Below are positions 26,112 through 39,935 of a stretch of DNA of 64,000 nt, in pieces. The stretch covers positions 118,234,001-118,298,000 of the forward strand of contig OX597819.1 in assembly GCA_951406725.2 (NCBI GenBank), written 5' to 3'. The position numbers were made by a program, and so were the translations under genes. This stretch comes from Octopus vulgaris. Its lineage: Eukaryota. Positions within the stretch are counted from its first letter, which is position 1; each line of letters opens with the position of its first letter. Under the pieces are notes generated by a model. That model did no database searches and was not told the origin of the DNA. It saw only the letters and a list, made by a program, of their open reading frames with translations.

Positions 26112-26420
26112 GAAGGAACATGGGTTAGTGGTCAGAGCAGTGGACCTCGCGGTCGAGGGATTGCCGTTTCAAATCTCAGACCGGGTTATAAACTATTGTT
26201 TATGAGCGAAAATCCTAAGCTCTACGTGGCTGCAGTAGAAGGTAACGGCGAACCTCTACTGACTCTTTCACCAAAACTTTCTCTCACACTTTCCTCCTGC
26301 ATCAAGCAGCTCACCCGCGATGGACCGGCATCCCGTCCAGGTGGAAAACCTATGCGCTAACGAAACCGGGAAACCGGGCCTTATGAGCCAGGCATGGCTC
26401 GAAAAGTAAGAAATAACAAT
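26112..26420 (+). mobile_element. tRNA(Arg)-like SINE, tail type A
   Basis: Collinear with 3506-3804; gcgatggaccggcatcccgtccagg...gaaaccgggaaaccgg. Confidence 0.85.
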
Positions 26421-26511
26421 TTCCTAGTTTTGGTGTACCAAGCACCCCCACCCTTCACACTAAAATCAAGCATTGTAATGTTAGGTGTTTATCGCTACTT
26501 TTGTTACTTAA

Positions 26512-26725
26512 GGCTGTGAGGAAGCAGAATTGTTAGCACGCCGAGCAAAAGGCCCAGTGGGATTTCGTCCGTCCTTACCCTCTGAGCTCAAATTCCACCG
26601 AGGTTGATTTTCACTTTCGACATTTCGGAATCGATAAAATATGTATCAGTTGAGCACCGAAGTCTATGTAGTCGATTTCTCTCATCCTCGACATTGTTGG
26701 CCTTGCACCAAAAATTTTAAGCCTT
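26512..26725 (+). mobile_element. Older Meta/MESC-like SINE
   Basis: ggctgtgaggaagcagaattgttagcacgccg..ctgagctcaaattccaccgaggttga..tcgataaaat. Confidence 0.75.
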
Positions 26726-29700
26726 ATGTACTTATGTTATTGCTGCTTTGTGTTTCAAGAGACATCAAATAACAGCGATATGTTTGTTGTACCGCTAATG
26801 ATATATAATACGAAAAGAACACCAAGATCTGAGAATAACAATTCTATTAAATTTTTAATATTTCGGCTTTGAAAGATAAATATTGTTTATTTTCGAGTTG
26901 ACAATATTTTTCTTAGTTTGGAGGTCCTATCGTTGAGAACAAAGTTTTTGTACTTCTGTAACTGTTGGGTTTCCTGATATTAGTATCTCTGGTATCCCTT
27001 GAACGTCCCTTTAAATTTGATAGCCTTGTACCAAAATGTTATTAATGTCTATAATTTCCTGGTAGACAAAATATACGTTCGAGTGCTACGCTAAAACGAC
27101 CTTAATTATGTGAGCGAAATGAGATATAACCGAAATGTTTAGCATAATGAAACGACGTTGTGTTGCTTTGTAAATTCATGTACTTAAACAGAAAGAAACA
27201 TATTTGGGAAATGTTGAATACCCGCTTTTTTATGTGATTGCAAATATATAGCACTGAGTTGTTTGGAATGCCCAATGTAAAGAAAAATATCACCTATACT
27301 TTTATAAATACATTGTCATAACCTTCAATATTACCATCACAAATAACACTATCAACAAAAATTCCACAGAAATCGAGGTAAAATGAAGCATCTTGTCATT
27401 TCAACCGCCAAACATACCACCCAAATATTCGTTACATCACTCCTAGTAATATTGAAAAATACATTATTTTTTTAATGATGTAAACCTGGATACGCTCTCT
27501 TGATACACAAAAAAAGCAAAAGGCTTTTTGATCAGCAGAAAGCATTTCTATAATTTTTGTACTCGATTAAATCGAAAAATTAGAAACTTACGTTTATGGT
27601 TAATAATTTTCAAAAGAGAAGCAGAGTTATATTACTTCGCATAGTATAAACACCCTCTTCACCATTTGTATCTTACCACCCTCTCATTCCTCAACATTAT
27701 CATCATAATCACAATTATATTTTCATCAATGTCGTTGTAGCCGTAAGGTCTAGCATTTTGCCAAAGATAAGTACATCATCAATGTCTATGTAGATAAAAC
27801 AGGCACGACTTCGATCGACAGTATCTATTCCACCAGTATCCAATTCACAACCCACATATAACGACGCCACCAATCCTGATACATCACTACCATCTTCATC
27901 TCCAACTGATTTAAACAATATCGCTCCTGCCACTTAATGTACATATGTACGTGTTTATGCAAGTATATCTTTGTATACACCCATTTGCATAGAATCCGAA
28001 TTAGTAGTTTTAGTGAATGGAATCTGTTGAAGAATTTATTTGAGAGCCAAGATATAAATATGTATTTGCATGCTTGTATGAATGGACCGATATGATATAT
28101 ATACTTACATAGATTAACACTCATGAAGCGTATGTATATGCGTGTGAACGTGTGAGTGCGCAAACAGAAGTACACACACACACACACACATATGTATGTA
28201 TATAAAGAGAAATGTGATCAGACAGATAAATAGACAGAGATTACTGAAATATTGAAGAAACCATATACACTATTGTATGTAGTCGTTCATATATACACGT
28301 TGGAAAGGGAACAAAACGAAAGTAATACTAAAGATAGGTTTAAATAACATGTTCTATAAAAGCATTTCCTGTCATTGTCATCACATGATAGGATAATAGA
28401 TCTAATGTTAATAGTATCTGCTCTTTATGATGGCAACGCTCCCATTTTGATAATCAGCCGAAGGTCAACAATCAACTGATAAAATATATTCTCTCTTGAC
28501 CTTTCAGTGTTTTTCTCCCAATCAGTATGTATTGAGGGTTATATCACCTAATGTGTTTACTATTAAGACTGCATCGAGTGATTCGAATGAGATATAGGTG
28601 TTTGTTTTTTCTGGCAGGTCTTGTGGTCATATAGAATCAACGTCTTTACATCAACTTTGATATCATCAGTAGTATCGGTTTGCGGTCGCAGATCTTAGAA
28701 CATTTAAGTCAGTGAGATCGTTTACGTTGTTTGATTTAATTTTCTGACATCGTCGTTAGTAATGAAAGTCATCGTTAACTATAGCATAATGATAAATGTG
28801 AATTTAAATGACAGCATCCACTGTAAGTCTGTTGCTGATACTTATTTATCGAACTCGGTGAAGGAGATTATTTTCAACATTGACAAAAATGTGATATCAA
28901 ACTGGAACCTCATTATTCATATTTCGCACCACTGCTTCGACTGCACAATAGTATAATAATTATTCCAAATATAGACACAGAAACCCGACAGATTTGGTGG
29001 AGAATGAATGAGTCACTCCATTATAAACCCGTATATTATTAGTATATTAATTTTTTTACCTTATCTTATTCACTCCTAGAAAACGAAAGTAACACCGATT
29101 CTGTCACCATTAACATACAAAATATGAAGAAATGTTTTTATTCCTAATTATTTTTCTCCCCATGTCGGCTAGCTAGCTAAATTGGTAGTACCACAGACTG
29201 GCATTCGTACCGGCATTTCCTCAAGCCCGTCCAAATAGCGTCCGGTTAAGATACGTGTTCCATCCTGTTGGGATCGTAAGAATAAAGTAAGAACAAACTA
29301 CCTGGGTCCATGTAATCTACTAACCCACGCTCCCTTTAATATTGCAGTCCTTGTTCTGAAATTCGAAACCATTCTCTTCCCCCCTCCCACAATCTCTGTC
29401 ATAAAATTTGTTTCTAATAAAGGTGTAAGGCTAGCATTTACTAGTTGTCCATTGGATCGATCCGGACGTATATCAGACAATACTGTAATCGCGATTGAAT
29501 GGATGAACTGGAACTTAAGCAAGGGAAGGTTTGAACTCAGAACGTAGAGAGCTCGATCATTTAGAATTAGACTTGTTGTCTGCATATTCACCATTTTAAT
29601 AGAATTAATCAAATTTCCTATAGTTTACCCGAAAATGGATGAATAGCAGTTACAATGAAAAAGGAAGAAGCTTGCAAGGTGAAAGTATTCAAAAGTAATC

Positions 29701-30189
29701 AAACAAGAGATGTCCCAATAGGGGAAACACATGCAGGGCTAATTAAAAAGATTCCTAGATTAATGAGAATGCGAAAAGAAAGGAAACAGAGGATCCAAAT
29801 AATAGGAAAATGAAACGAATGAAAACGACTCTTTGGAAGAAAAAGAACACCTGAATGAGAGCATAACAGCAAAATCATGCCACAAAAGACACTATGAAAA
29901 TTGCGACAGCTTCTTCCAAGAAAATAGAATGTATGAGGCGAAAAGTATAATATAAAACGTTTCTTCAGACACATCAGTAAAAGATTTTATTAGAAATCCA
30001 ATCGTATACGGATAGTGTATTGAACGTAAAAGCGACATAAAAGCCATACCAGGGTTCACAACACACTGCCTAAAATATACTTTACAAGATTGAAAACGAA
30101 ATGCATTAAGAGAACTCATTTTACAAACGCAACGCAGAACAGTACGCACACTAAAGCAGCAAGGTAGAAGGTAAACTTGTGCAGTTGTC

Positions 30190-30660
30190 AACAGTTATCT
30201 ACAATTTCCAAATATCCACAAAATAACCCAATGTTGCATACACTTTACGAACACGGTAATACACTAGATGGTGCAGCAGAAACTCGCATGAAATTATCTA
30301 AATAAATACTTCATAATTGCATCTCCATAACATAATTAGTGCAAAACAAGAAGAATTTCCCATCACTGCCATTCAATAAAGCAGCTTTGATATCAAACGA
30401 TTTGATGTAATCTTGCTCTAGGCAGACAATGGCTAGAGGTCAAGCATGGAGAGATATATATTTCATATTTTCAGTCTAAAATCTACATAATCCTGCCTAT
30501 TATTCTTAACAAATATTTATCGAATGGAAATCTTTACGAGTATGCTTCCTAGCTCCAAGCCATCGCCTACCTTGGTCTACTGACACATTCTCTCCTAAAA
30601 CAACTTGCATATAAGCAAAAATTGAATAAAATAATACATCGAAGTAATTCTGTCATTATA
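30190..30660 (+). pseudogene. Highly decayed Penelope-like RT core
   Basis: Motifs in the expected order and roughly expected spacing: YLQFPNIHK (30196; ~YxLPKIHK), SFDIK (30383; ~SFDV), NKYLSNGNLYE (~30508-30540; ~NYFxFNGxxYxQ), YIEVI (30635; ~YIDDI). Confidence 0.5.
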
Positions 30661-31095
30661 CTATGGTACTTGCACACACTTGCACAGCAAGTTGCTGGAA
30701 TATTTCACTCAAGTATTTCTGATTAAGATGTCTTTCAATGAAGCTATAGAGGCTTCATTGAAATAAAAATGACATCGCTATTCAGAAGAAGATTTGTTTT
30801 TTTTTCTAGCTCCGAGCTGCGAAAACTAATAAGGAGAGTACAGGAGGCAGTCGAAAAAGCCAGCTTCTAAATATGGCTGAAGCGGGAAGACCGAAAATGG
30901 CTTGAAAGTCATAACATGCCGGCGGGAAATAACATCACTAGGTGAGACATGCTGACACTGAATTAGCTTCGCTGACTGACAGGTGACGGTCGTTTAGGGA
31001 ATGCGTGGGCTAAGACTGCGCTTTCATTTGTAAGTTAAAGTTGAGAGTGTCACGTGACAACTTGCTGGGGCTGCCTGTTGGAGCCTTGCGGCAGG

Positions 31096-31373
31096 TATTT
31101 AAAGGGAGAACATTTGACAAGTCAGTCAGTCACCCGGTGACACTCGCTGACGCTACATCGAAGAGGCCAGGGAACAGAAGAACGAAGAATAAAGAAGACA
31201 TGCACCCAACATCAGAGCTGAAGACACCTCCGAAAGGGGGGGGGTCACATCAAAACGTTAGAGGAGTAGGGGCTGAAACCGGACGTGGTTCCTCCTGATG
31301 ATGTCTTGAGCTAACTGGATCCTATAAAGGAGCTGTTGTGGTAGCAGACCACGAAACACGGTTGTAATTCCTC
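31096..31373 (+). repeat. Interspersed repeat, copy 1 (PLE pseudo-LTR-like, several CTGANGA/GAAAC motifs)
   Basis: Closely similar to 38348-38616; both end at gtaattcctc. Confidence 0.85.
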
Positions 31374-31743
31374 ATTGAGATTATCATCATAACCATTTAT
31401 TGTTTTCATCAATTAGTTTGAAAGAAGAGGTACTCAAAGCCATTTAAACAAAACCGACCACGAATTTTGTGGCCTTGTGTAGAATCCTATATTTTAGACT
31501 ACGGTCATAACTAGGAATTCAGATGTGTTATAGACTTCTTAAAGCAATAAATATGTGCGCGTGAGTACAAACACCAACATTCACAAGCAACAAAATAGGT
31601 ATACTGAAACATACAAATCTTCGTTCCGCTTCCTTCTCTTCAACAAGAGAGAATATTCAACAAACAAATATTTGTATAAACAGAATCCTATTTCAGGAAA
31701 ATAGTTTGTAGTATTAAAATGTCAAAGCTGTCTGAAATGAGGT

Positions 31744-31835
31744 TGAACATTTAATCTGTCACTATAATCACGACCAACGTATAAGATGAACATTAAATAT
31801 GTCACTATAATCACGACCAACGTATAAGATGAACA
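31744..31835. repeat. 43-bp tandem duplication
   Basis: tgaacatt.aat.tgtcactataatcacgaccaacgtataaga x2 plus tgaaca. Confidence 0.95.
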
Positions 31836-32205
31836 AAAGAAATGTATGGGTGGATATGTTTGAGAATGTGTTAATGTGTCCAAAGATCATATAACAACGA
31901 GTTGTTGAAAAGTATGTTTAGACACTACCAGCTATTCATTATCATAAGTTGAAACACGTAATTATAACAGTGCCGCACGATTTATATATATATAATGACC
32001 CGCACATATATCTGCAATGCTTATTATAACTACGTCATGATATAATATCATCGTCAATGGCATTATAATCTATGTGCTTAGAAACTTGGTTCAGATGACG
32101 TATGTGGTAACATGAGTTTCATATCAGTGTTCAAATACAGACATTTGTACATATATATTGCACGATCACGCACCGCTACACCCACACCCGCATATTTATA
32201 TATAC

Positions 32206-32260
<55 letters not shown>

Positions 32261-32419
32261 AATGCTTTACAGTGGTGTCGAACATTCAGCTTGTTTATCA
32301 TTGTTCTGCTATTTGACGACGGTGAGAAGGCCAAATTTTTAAAGTTAGTGTCTCAAATTTCATTCAGTAAAATAATAAATTGATTTTATGTGGCTGTGTG
32401 TGCGTTTAGATGCAGACAT

Positions 32420-32790
32420 AGTCCTGTGGTAACAAGTTTGCTATCCAACCTCATGGCTCTAGCTTCAGTCGTACTGCATGCGCACACTGGATAAATATTT
32501 TCTACTATAATCTAAACTAGAAGAAAACACTTGTGAATGAACTTTGTGGAGAGAAACTAAAAGATACCCGTCACGTAGACATATATATATGTATATGTGT
32601 GTGTTTGTCTCTGCATGTGTTTGTCCTTCCCTACCACTTGAGAACAGGCGTGGGTGAGTTTACGTCAACATAATTCAGGGGGTTCGGCAAAATGTCTAAG
32701 ATAAATACCATGCTTAAAATACAGGTGTGTGCAGAAAAGCACCTGTGATATAGAACATCGCAAATGGCCTGGTTCAGTCACTGGGCTTAG
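32420..32790 (+). mobile_element. Decayed CORE-like SINE
   Basis: tgtggtaacaagtttgctatccaacctcatgg..ttctactata..gtgtttgtcc..ggttcggcaaaa collinear with 56556-56980. Confidence 0.7.
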
Positions 32791-33173
32791 AAAAGGCAAA
32801 GGACTGCTGCAATGAGTGCGTGATTCTGACAGAGGAATGCGTTGCATAAAATCATAAGTAACTGATCCTCTTGTATTTTCTTTTACCTAAAGCCAAGTAT
32901 TTTCCACTCCTATAATGCTATGCAGGATTCATTCGACTAAAAGCATAGCCGCAGCCTATTAAATCAAACAAGAAAATAATATAAAAAATTACTTTGATCA
33001 CGTCAGCAACTCTTCGCTGTTATTTACTAGGATAAATAGTATAACATACAAATTTTGGGTACTCATTGTCTTCCAACATAACCAGAGAAGAATAACAATT
33101 ACCTCGACTCTGAGGCGACGTAGACCGTAGGATTTGGACATGCTGTATCAATGCACTGAACACCATATATATA

Positions 33174-33217
<44 letters not shown>

Positions 33218-33305
33218 TTCAGCAAAATGTAGATTCAGATGAATATGGTACTTAAGTTAAAGGCACCAGAATTTTGTATGGTATTATCCATATAAATCAA
33301 ATGGG

Positions 33306-33366
<61 letters not shown>

Positions 33367-33367
<1 letters not shown>

Positions 33368-33609
33368 AGTGTACCATAGTAAACACATGTGAAACGAGGT
33401 GGAAAAAATAGCACTTCAATACCGGGATGTGGCGGTAAAATGCTTTATAAAAATCTGCAAAGACATCACAAAAACTGTTACTCATGGTTTCGCGTTCCTG
33501 TTCGTCGGACAATTTTGTTTGAGATTCTGAACCAAAACTGTCCGACGAACGGGAAACCGAAACTCTGTGTAACTCTTTTTGTGAGATCTTCGTAGCTTTA
33601 TTAATAAAG

Positions 33610-33611
<2 letters not shown>
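33367..33611. mobile_element. (TA)n-flanked fold-back element with two inverted hammerhead-like motifs
   Basis: Arms ~33441-33520 and ~33530-33611. Minus motif 33516-33471: aaaattgt-CCGACGA-acaggaacgc-GAAAC-catga-GTA-acagtttt (8-bp helix I). Plus motif 33534-33580: aaaactgt-CCGACGA-acgggaaacc-GAAAC-tctgt-GTA. Confidence 0.75.
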
Positions 33612-33642
<31 letters not shown>

Positions 33643-35446
33643 AAGAGAGAGAGGACAATTAATCTCATATTAAATTTTTTGAATGGGCTGCCTCACTTTG
33701 AATTATTATGATGTCACATATACATTGCCTTTTATAAGTATGAAATGGTTTTGCGTTTTTAAATAAAATGCTACTGTTTTCATACAAGTGTTCGGCTAGG
33801 TGTTCGATGTTACATCTTTTTCTCTTTATAATGAGGTTGAATGTAAATTTTCATACGAGCATACTCCACAAGTTTAGACACACAGAAACTATTTGAATTA
33901 TACATATATTTACACGAAAAGTAAATGATATATTTTCTGTATAATTAGGTTCGAAAATCTGATTATTAATTTTCTTAAAAATAAAGAAAAATGTCTACAA
34001 CATTTTTGTATTTTCAGAAAAAAATATTTTATTTGAATTAATATTGTAAATACTAAAATATATAAATAAAACAAATTTATATCAATTTAATTTATAGGTT
34101 CACGTTATTTTATCTGATGTAAACAATTGGGTGGTAGAGATTCGAAATAAATTAGGTTAGCGGGGTGGGGAGGGAATATTTTTGAAAATATATAATCTTC
34201 CTTGTTTTGTTGTCTCCTCCAAAACGTATAATTTAGGAAAATATATAATTCTTTCTGTTTTAGTATTTCATTATTGTATAGTTGTTTGAATGTTACACAT
34301 ACCACTTTGCATATTTTTTTTTATATATCATTAGTTTCTTTTAACAGGTTTCTATCTTTAACAGGTTTCAACAAAAGAAAATATGAAAAGGAAGTATGCG
34401 TTTAGGCTTCTACTTGCTTTAGTTTTCGTATGCACTTCCTTGTCGGGAAAATATCCTGAGGAATTGTATTTGACCATAATGATTCTAGGATTTGCCTGTA
34501 TATTTTAGTGTTTATTTCTTTTTTTTTTACCTAACACACGTAAGTTACAGGATATAAATACAGAAATCATATATATTGTATAACACCACTGTATTAAAGG
34601 AGAGAGACATACTGGCCGGCGCTTTATAACAGACACGCACAAATGCTTATATGCTTAATATATGTGTATGCCAATATTTATGCGAGTAAATATGTAAAGT
34701 TGAAGATATGAGACAGTAATCCACAACTTGATATATCCGTTCCAAAGCCTCTAGATTTTTGTGAAACAACGGAGACGTCAGCACTGCAGTTAAACGTTCT
34801 GTCAGCTTTAATATTCAATTTCCTCTGCCGCATGGACTACACAAACACAAAATGCAGTAAAATACTTGGTTTAAGTATTCTTGCCTTCCTGACGAGAATC
34901 TAAACCTGAACAACTTAAGTACGTGCCTTCTATCTTTCTTGCTCTTTCTTTTCCTTTTGTCCTGTATACACAGACATACGCAGGTACACCAGGTTCACGA
35001 ACTGGTAGGTTCCACATTATTCCAGGAGACACATAATATTCTCATATTGGGAACAATCCAAAGATCACAGACCACATGGTTGAAGTCTGAATTATTTATA
35101 ATGACACCAAAACCTTATACTCCTATTTATTCTAAGAATAAACAAACCTCTTTTTGTATTCTCCGGAGTCGATATATTGCAAAGTATTTAAGCTGTGAAT
35201 TCCACACTCAGCTGCGACTATTCTTTATTATTAATGTAGTTATACACCAGTTCAAAACAGCAACATTTAGCGACAACTGATTATTATTTCGTATTCAACG
35301 TATCTAAAGATATCACGTGTGGCAATTTTTTTCGGTAGCATTTAAATTTAGTTTTGTTTTAAAACTGCTGCATTTTACATGCAGTTCTTACATAACGTCG
35401 TGGCTATTTCATGTGTAACGTTCATAACATTTATGCAACGAATTAT

Positions 35447-35603
35447 GTTTTTTCTCTCCTTGTTTTTTTCTGTGTCCCTTTCTGCGGAAGAGCGTAGGCT
35501 CGAAACGTAAAATACCTTTTCTATTCCTGAACGTTATACTAATACATCTGTTTGTTTTGTACACCATTTGTCTTCGTCTTTTGTTTTTTTCGTAAACTCT
35601 CCC
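35447..35603 (+). mobile_element. Short TA-associated PLE-like repeat with a degenerate hammerhead (family copy 1)
   Basis: ttt-CTGCGGA-agagcgtaggctc-GAAAC-GTA-aaa; homologous to 43713-43873 and, inverted, 51418-51600. Confidence 0.7.
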
Positions 35604-36199
35604 TATATGTTATATAGTATCTGTATAACAATCCAAGGTGAAATAACTGAATAGACCATAAGCTATTCTTTTAATCGAAATGATTTTAGAGGTAATTAAT
35701 ATTTACCTATAATATAGTTTAATTGGCTTAAATTGGTGCGTTTTTTTATATTTTCCCAAGCATCTCAAAAGAATATATCGCAAAATACATGGAAATGTGC
35801 CAAAGTCTCTTTATCGTAATAACTGATATAAATTTGGGTTGGTTCATTGATTCTCTAATCGCACTTTGCATCATTCAAAGAGTGTGTGAGAGAGAGAGAG
35901 GGAGAAAGAGAGAGAAAGTAAAATAGAATATAGTGATAGGTACCAAAAGAGGCGGAGGTTAAGTGCACATAATAGGTTTGATGGTACTTAATGAACAAAC
36001 GAAGACTACACACACACAATGAGATAAAAGAATCATGGAGTAAACATACGTAGAGAGGGAGCTGTTATGGAGGAATTATCGAAAAGATAGATTTGATTTA
36101 TTGAGGTAATTAACATACTTCTTTTGAAAATTAAACTTTGTTATATTATTTTCTATAAGGACAATTGAATTTATCATGTAGCTTTTACATAGTCCCGCT

Positions 36200-36550
36200 A
36201 TTGGGCAGCGGCCATGCTGGGGCAACGCCATGAATGATTTAGTTGAAGAAATCAACTCCAGTTCATATTTTTAAATCCGGTACTTATTCTATCGGTTTCT
36301 TTCACAAAAATCCAAGTTACGGGGACATGAACACCAGTTGTCAAGCGGGTGTGAGAGCAAAAACAAAATACGCACACACTGATATATGTTTATAAGACAA
36401 GCTTCTCTCAGTTTCCGTCTATCAAAGTCACTCAAAAAGGTTTCTTTGGATCGGGGTTGTAATATAAGACACTTGCCCAATATATCATGCAGTGGGACTG
36501 ATCCCAGAACCATTTAGCTGGGAGACAAACTTCTTACCGTATAGCTGTGC
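36200..36550 (-). mobile_element. Decayed full-length CORE-like SINE
   Basis: gcggccatgctgggg..ggtacttattctatcggtttc..gtttccgtct..agacacttgcccaa..cagtgggactga..gaaccat. Confidence 0.8.
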
Positions 36551-38347
36551 TTGTTAAAAACATTAAAAAAGATATTGTTTGATGCCATATTAACTTCTAT
36601 GACACCCGGTAGCAAAAGTATACGGGTAACCTACATGTGTGACGGGCAAACCACTTGTATAACTATATATCTGGAAAATTGAGCGAAAAACTTTTATATC
36701 GATAGACAAGACTAATGGGGTTTTTGAGATTTGACGCAAATCAGGCGATGTATCCTGATCACCAGAACTAAAACAAAGGAAGATCGAGGATGTAACAAGT
36801 GAAAGGAGAAAATAGTGGTGCCAGAACAATTTTATAACTCAACGGAATGGAGCAATCGTTAAAACACTTACCACCATCGAGTCTAGCTATCAAACTTACG
36901 ACCATAAAATGGTCAACGAATTTCTTTTGCAACTATATTGTAATACATTTTTTACTACATGTATATTCTATATTATAGTTGTTTCTAACAAATTAGTCCG
37001 TATAGAGGTCAAATTTGGAAGAGGACTAGACTGCATGATATTCCTCAACATGATATTCCAGGCAAGATCACACCAGATATTGGCAACGATTTTAGTTGTT
37101 ATACATTTTCTAAAGTCAGGGGAGCATAAGAGGAACATAAGAAGATATGGAAATATGTTAGAAATACGTGTAATGTATTTTCCTATGTATGTTTGTATGC
37201 ATGCGAATATATATATATGTACTCACACACACACACACACGTATATGGGTGTCTACACGCGCAAATGTGTCTACATAACAATGTAGCGTATGCTTTTGTC
37301 ATTGATTGCATTTGTTTGTAAGAAAATCTGTATACGAGCATATAGGTCAAAGATATGTAGGTCATAATGATTCTGTATATTTTTTATGTGTCCTTGAGTT
37401 TATGTGCATTGCTGATTATGTCAAAACAGTTCTTAAGTAGGTACCATATCCCATTCATGCGCACAGAATTTATCATCTTTCATATTTAAAATATTTGCCC
37501 GACATTTAATCAAATTGTGTATCTGCAAACAAATTAACTTAATCTTAAGTAGATAGAACATATAAAGAAGTTGTATTGCGTATAATTAATTCAAAATATG
37601 TCAATATACATTAAAGATATACTAAGTGTAAATTGATCTAAAGTGATAGCAGCTACCTATTTCTTTTGCTGTATCGTCTACAAATAGCAATTTAAGTTTA
37701 ATCCTCATAAATTCCAAGTTTCGTTTTGCGAATAAGTAGCACATGTATTTTGCAGTGTTGAATTTACAGTTTTAATAAAACCTTAACTGATCAACACAGA
37801 AACAACTTAAGATTGAAAAAAGAAATCTGATGAATCACTGTTATCAGCTACAATGCTTGTATTGCGGGTGGTATGACTTATAAGTCATGTAACCAGTGAA
37901 ATTGGGAATGTATCAATTTATGAAGCTTACAACTATTTAAAATATTTGTCGATTATGCTGATTTAAATACAGGCTGAATTATTTCTCTCCTACCCTGTCC
38001 TCATTCAACTCCTATATTCTCAGGAAAACAACTTCAAAACAACAGAAAAGGCATTGATTAAAATCTCCATGCATATATTTCAATGTGACCCATTTATGTA
38101 TACATTTCTTGAGTGGGCCAACAAAAAAATGATTTAGAAACGTTGCATCGTAAGTTCATCGTACTACTAACGTTTTCACAGAATTTCGAAATGCTATGCA
38201 TTCGTAAAATATTACTTATATTTTGATTTCCAATTAATTAATGGAAGTTATAATTGATTCTCGATTTGATTATACTTAAAATAATCTTTTGTAAGGTTTA
38301 AAAAAAAAAAACAGGGGTATCATAAATAAACTCGTAATTTATTATCT

Positions 38348-38616
38348 TATTTAAAGGGAAAACATTTGACAAGTCAGCCAGTCGCCCGCTGACACTCGCT
38401 GACGATACATCGAAGACGCCAGGGAACAGAAGAAAGAAGACATGCACCCAACACCAGAGCTGAAGACATCTCCAAAAGGGGGAGACGCCACGTCAAAACG
38501 GTAGAGGAGTAGGGGCCGAAACCGGACGTGGTTTCTCCTGATGATGTCTTGAGCTAACTGGATCCTATAAAGGAGCTGTTGTGGTAGCAGACCACGAAGC
38601 ACGGTTGTAATTCCTC
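38348..38616 (+). repeat. Interspersed repeat, copy 2 of the 31096-31373 family
   Basis: Collinear from tatttaaaggg to gtaattcctc. Confidence 0.85.
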
Positions 38617-39112
38617 CTAAACAATTTAGAGTTTTCTAAAGAACGCATTGATTTTTTTTTCTAAAGAACGCATTGGTTTCGTGTTTGTTCAAAAATTATA
38701 TTTGCTGTTCTTTAGTCCGAGGTTAGTCGTCATCTATTGGACATCTTCATTCCTGAGGCTTTCCACACGTGACCAGCAAACTTGTGAGTAGTTATTATCT
38801 AATATAGTTTTCACATTGAAAGAAACATCAGTTAATTTTAAGCAAGTACTTTGCTCTTAGTTGCAGTATGATTTTCGCTGTAGATGCTAAAAATATTTTG
38901 TCTTAAAAGGTACGATTAATTGCTCAAATTCAATTTTAGACTTGACAACTACGATAGAACGTCGACACAAAACTGATGCAAACAGCAGTGCATGAATAAA
39001 ATTGAATTTAAATCACGAACATGTCTCGTTCATTGTATTAGCTATTTGCTCGTATTCTGTCCTGCGATTGTATAACTGTCAAGACGTAGAGTTAAACTGG
39101 AAAAGCTCTTGA

Positions 39113-39337
39113 TTAATCCTTCAGCGTTCATATTATTCTGTCAATAGAAATGCATTTTTATTCTTGTTTTGTATCAATCTTGCTTCATCTTGAAGCTTTG
39201 CAATCTTCATGAGGTGACTGTTAATTATCAACATGATATTCTAGGATTGATGTGAGAGGCCTAATCTGGTCAGGCTCAGCATAAAACAGGTGAAATATAC
39301 GGACTTAATTTCATCTCTTTAAATGCTAAAGTGTTAA
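39113..39337. mobile_element. Possible TTAA-flanked (piggyBac-type) MITE
   Basis: Ends ttaatccttcagcgttc / aaatgctaaagtgttaa form imperfect TIRs bounded by TTAA. Confidence 0.45.
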
Positions 39338-39529
39338 AAGAATAGGAAAGGCAGTCATTTCCACAAATTGTGGAGGCTGCTGAAGTTTCATATTCAATCA
39401 CTGATCACTACGAGCAAGCGGATCTATGACATTGAAGTTGCGATCATGGTATATAGTGTAGAATCACGAAACATTTTCTTTTCTTTAGACTACCATTGCA
39501 ATGATGCCATTCTCATATATTATCATATA

Positions 39530-39935
<406 letters not shown>

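Noticed and set aside
27715-27933. CFIYIDIDDVLIFG resembling a Ty3/gypsy YxDD motif
   Set aside because: No upstream PFGL/FQR motif and the region is GAT/GGT-rich low complexity; probably chance
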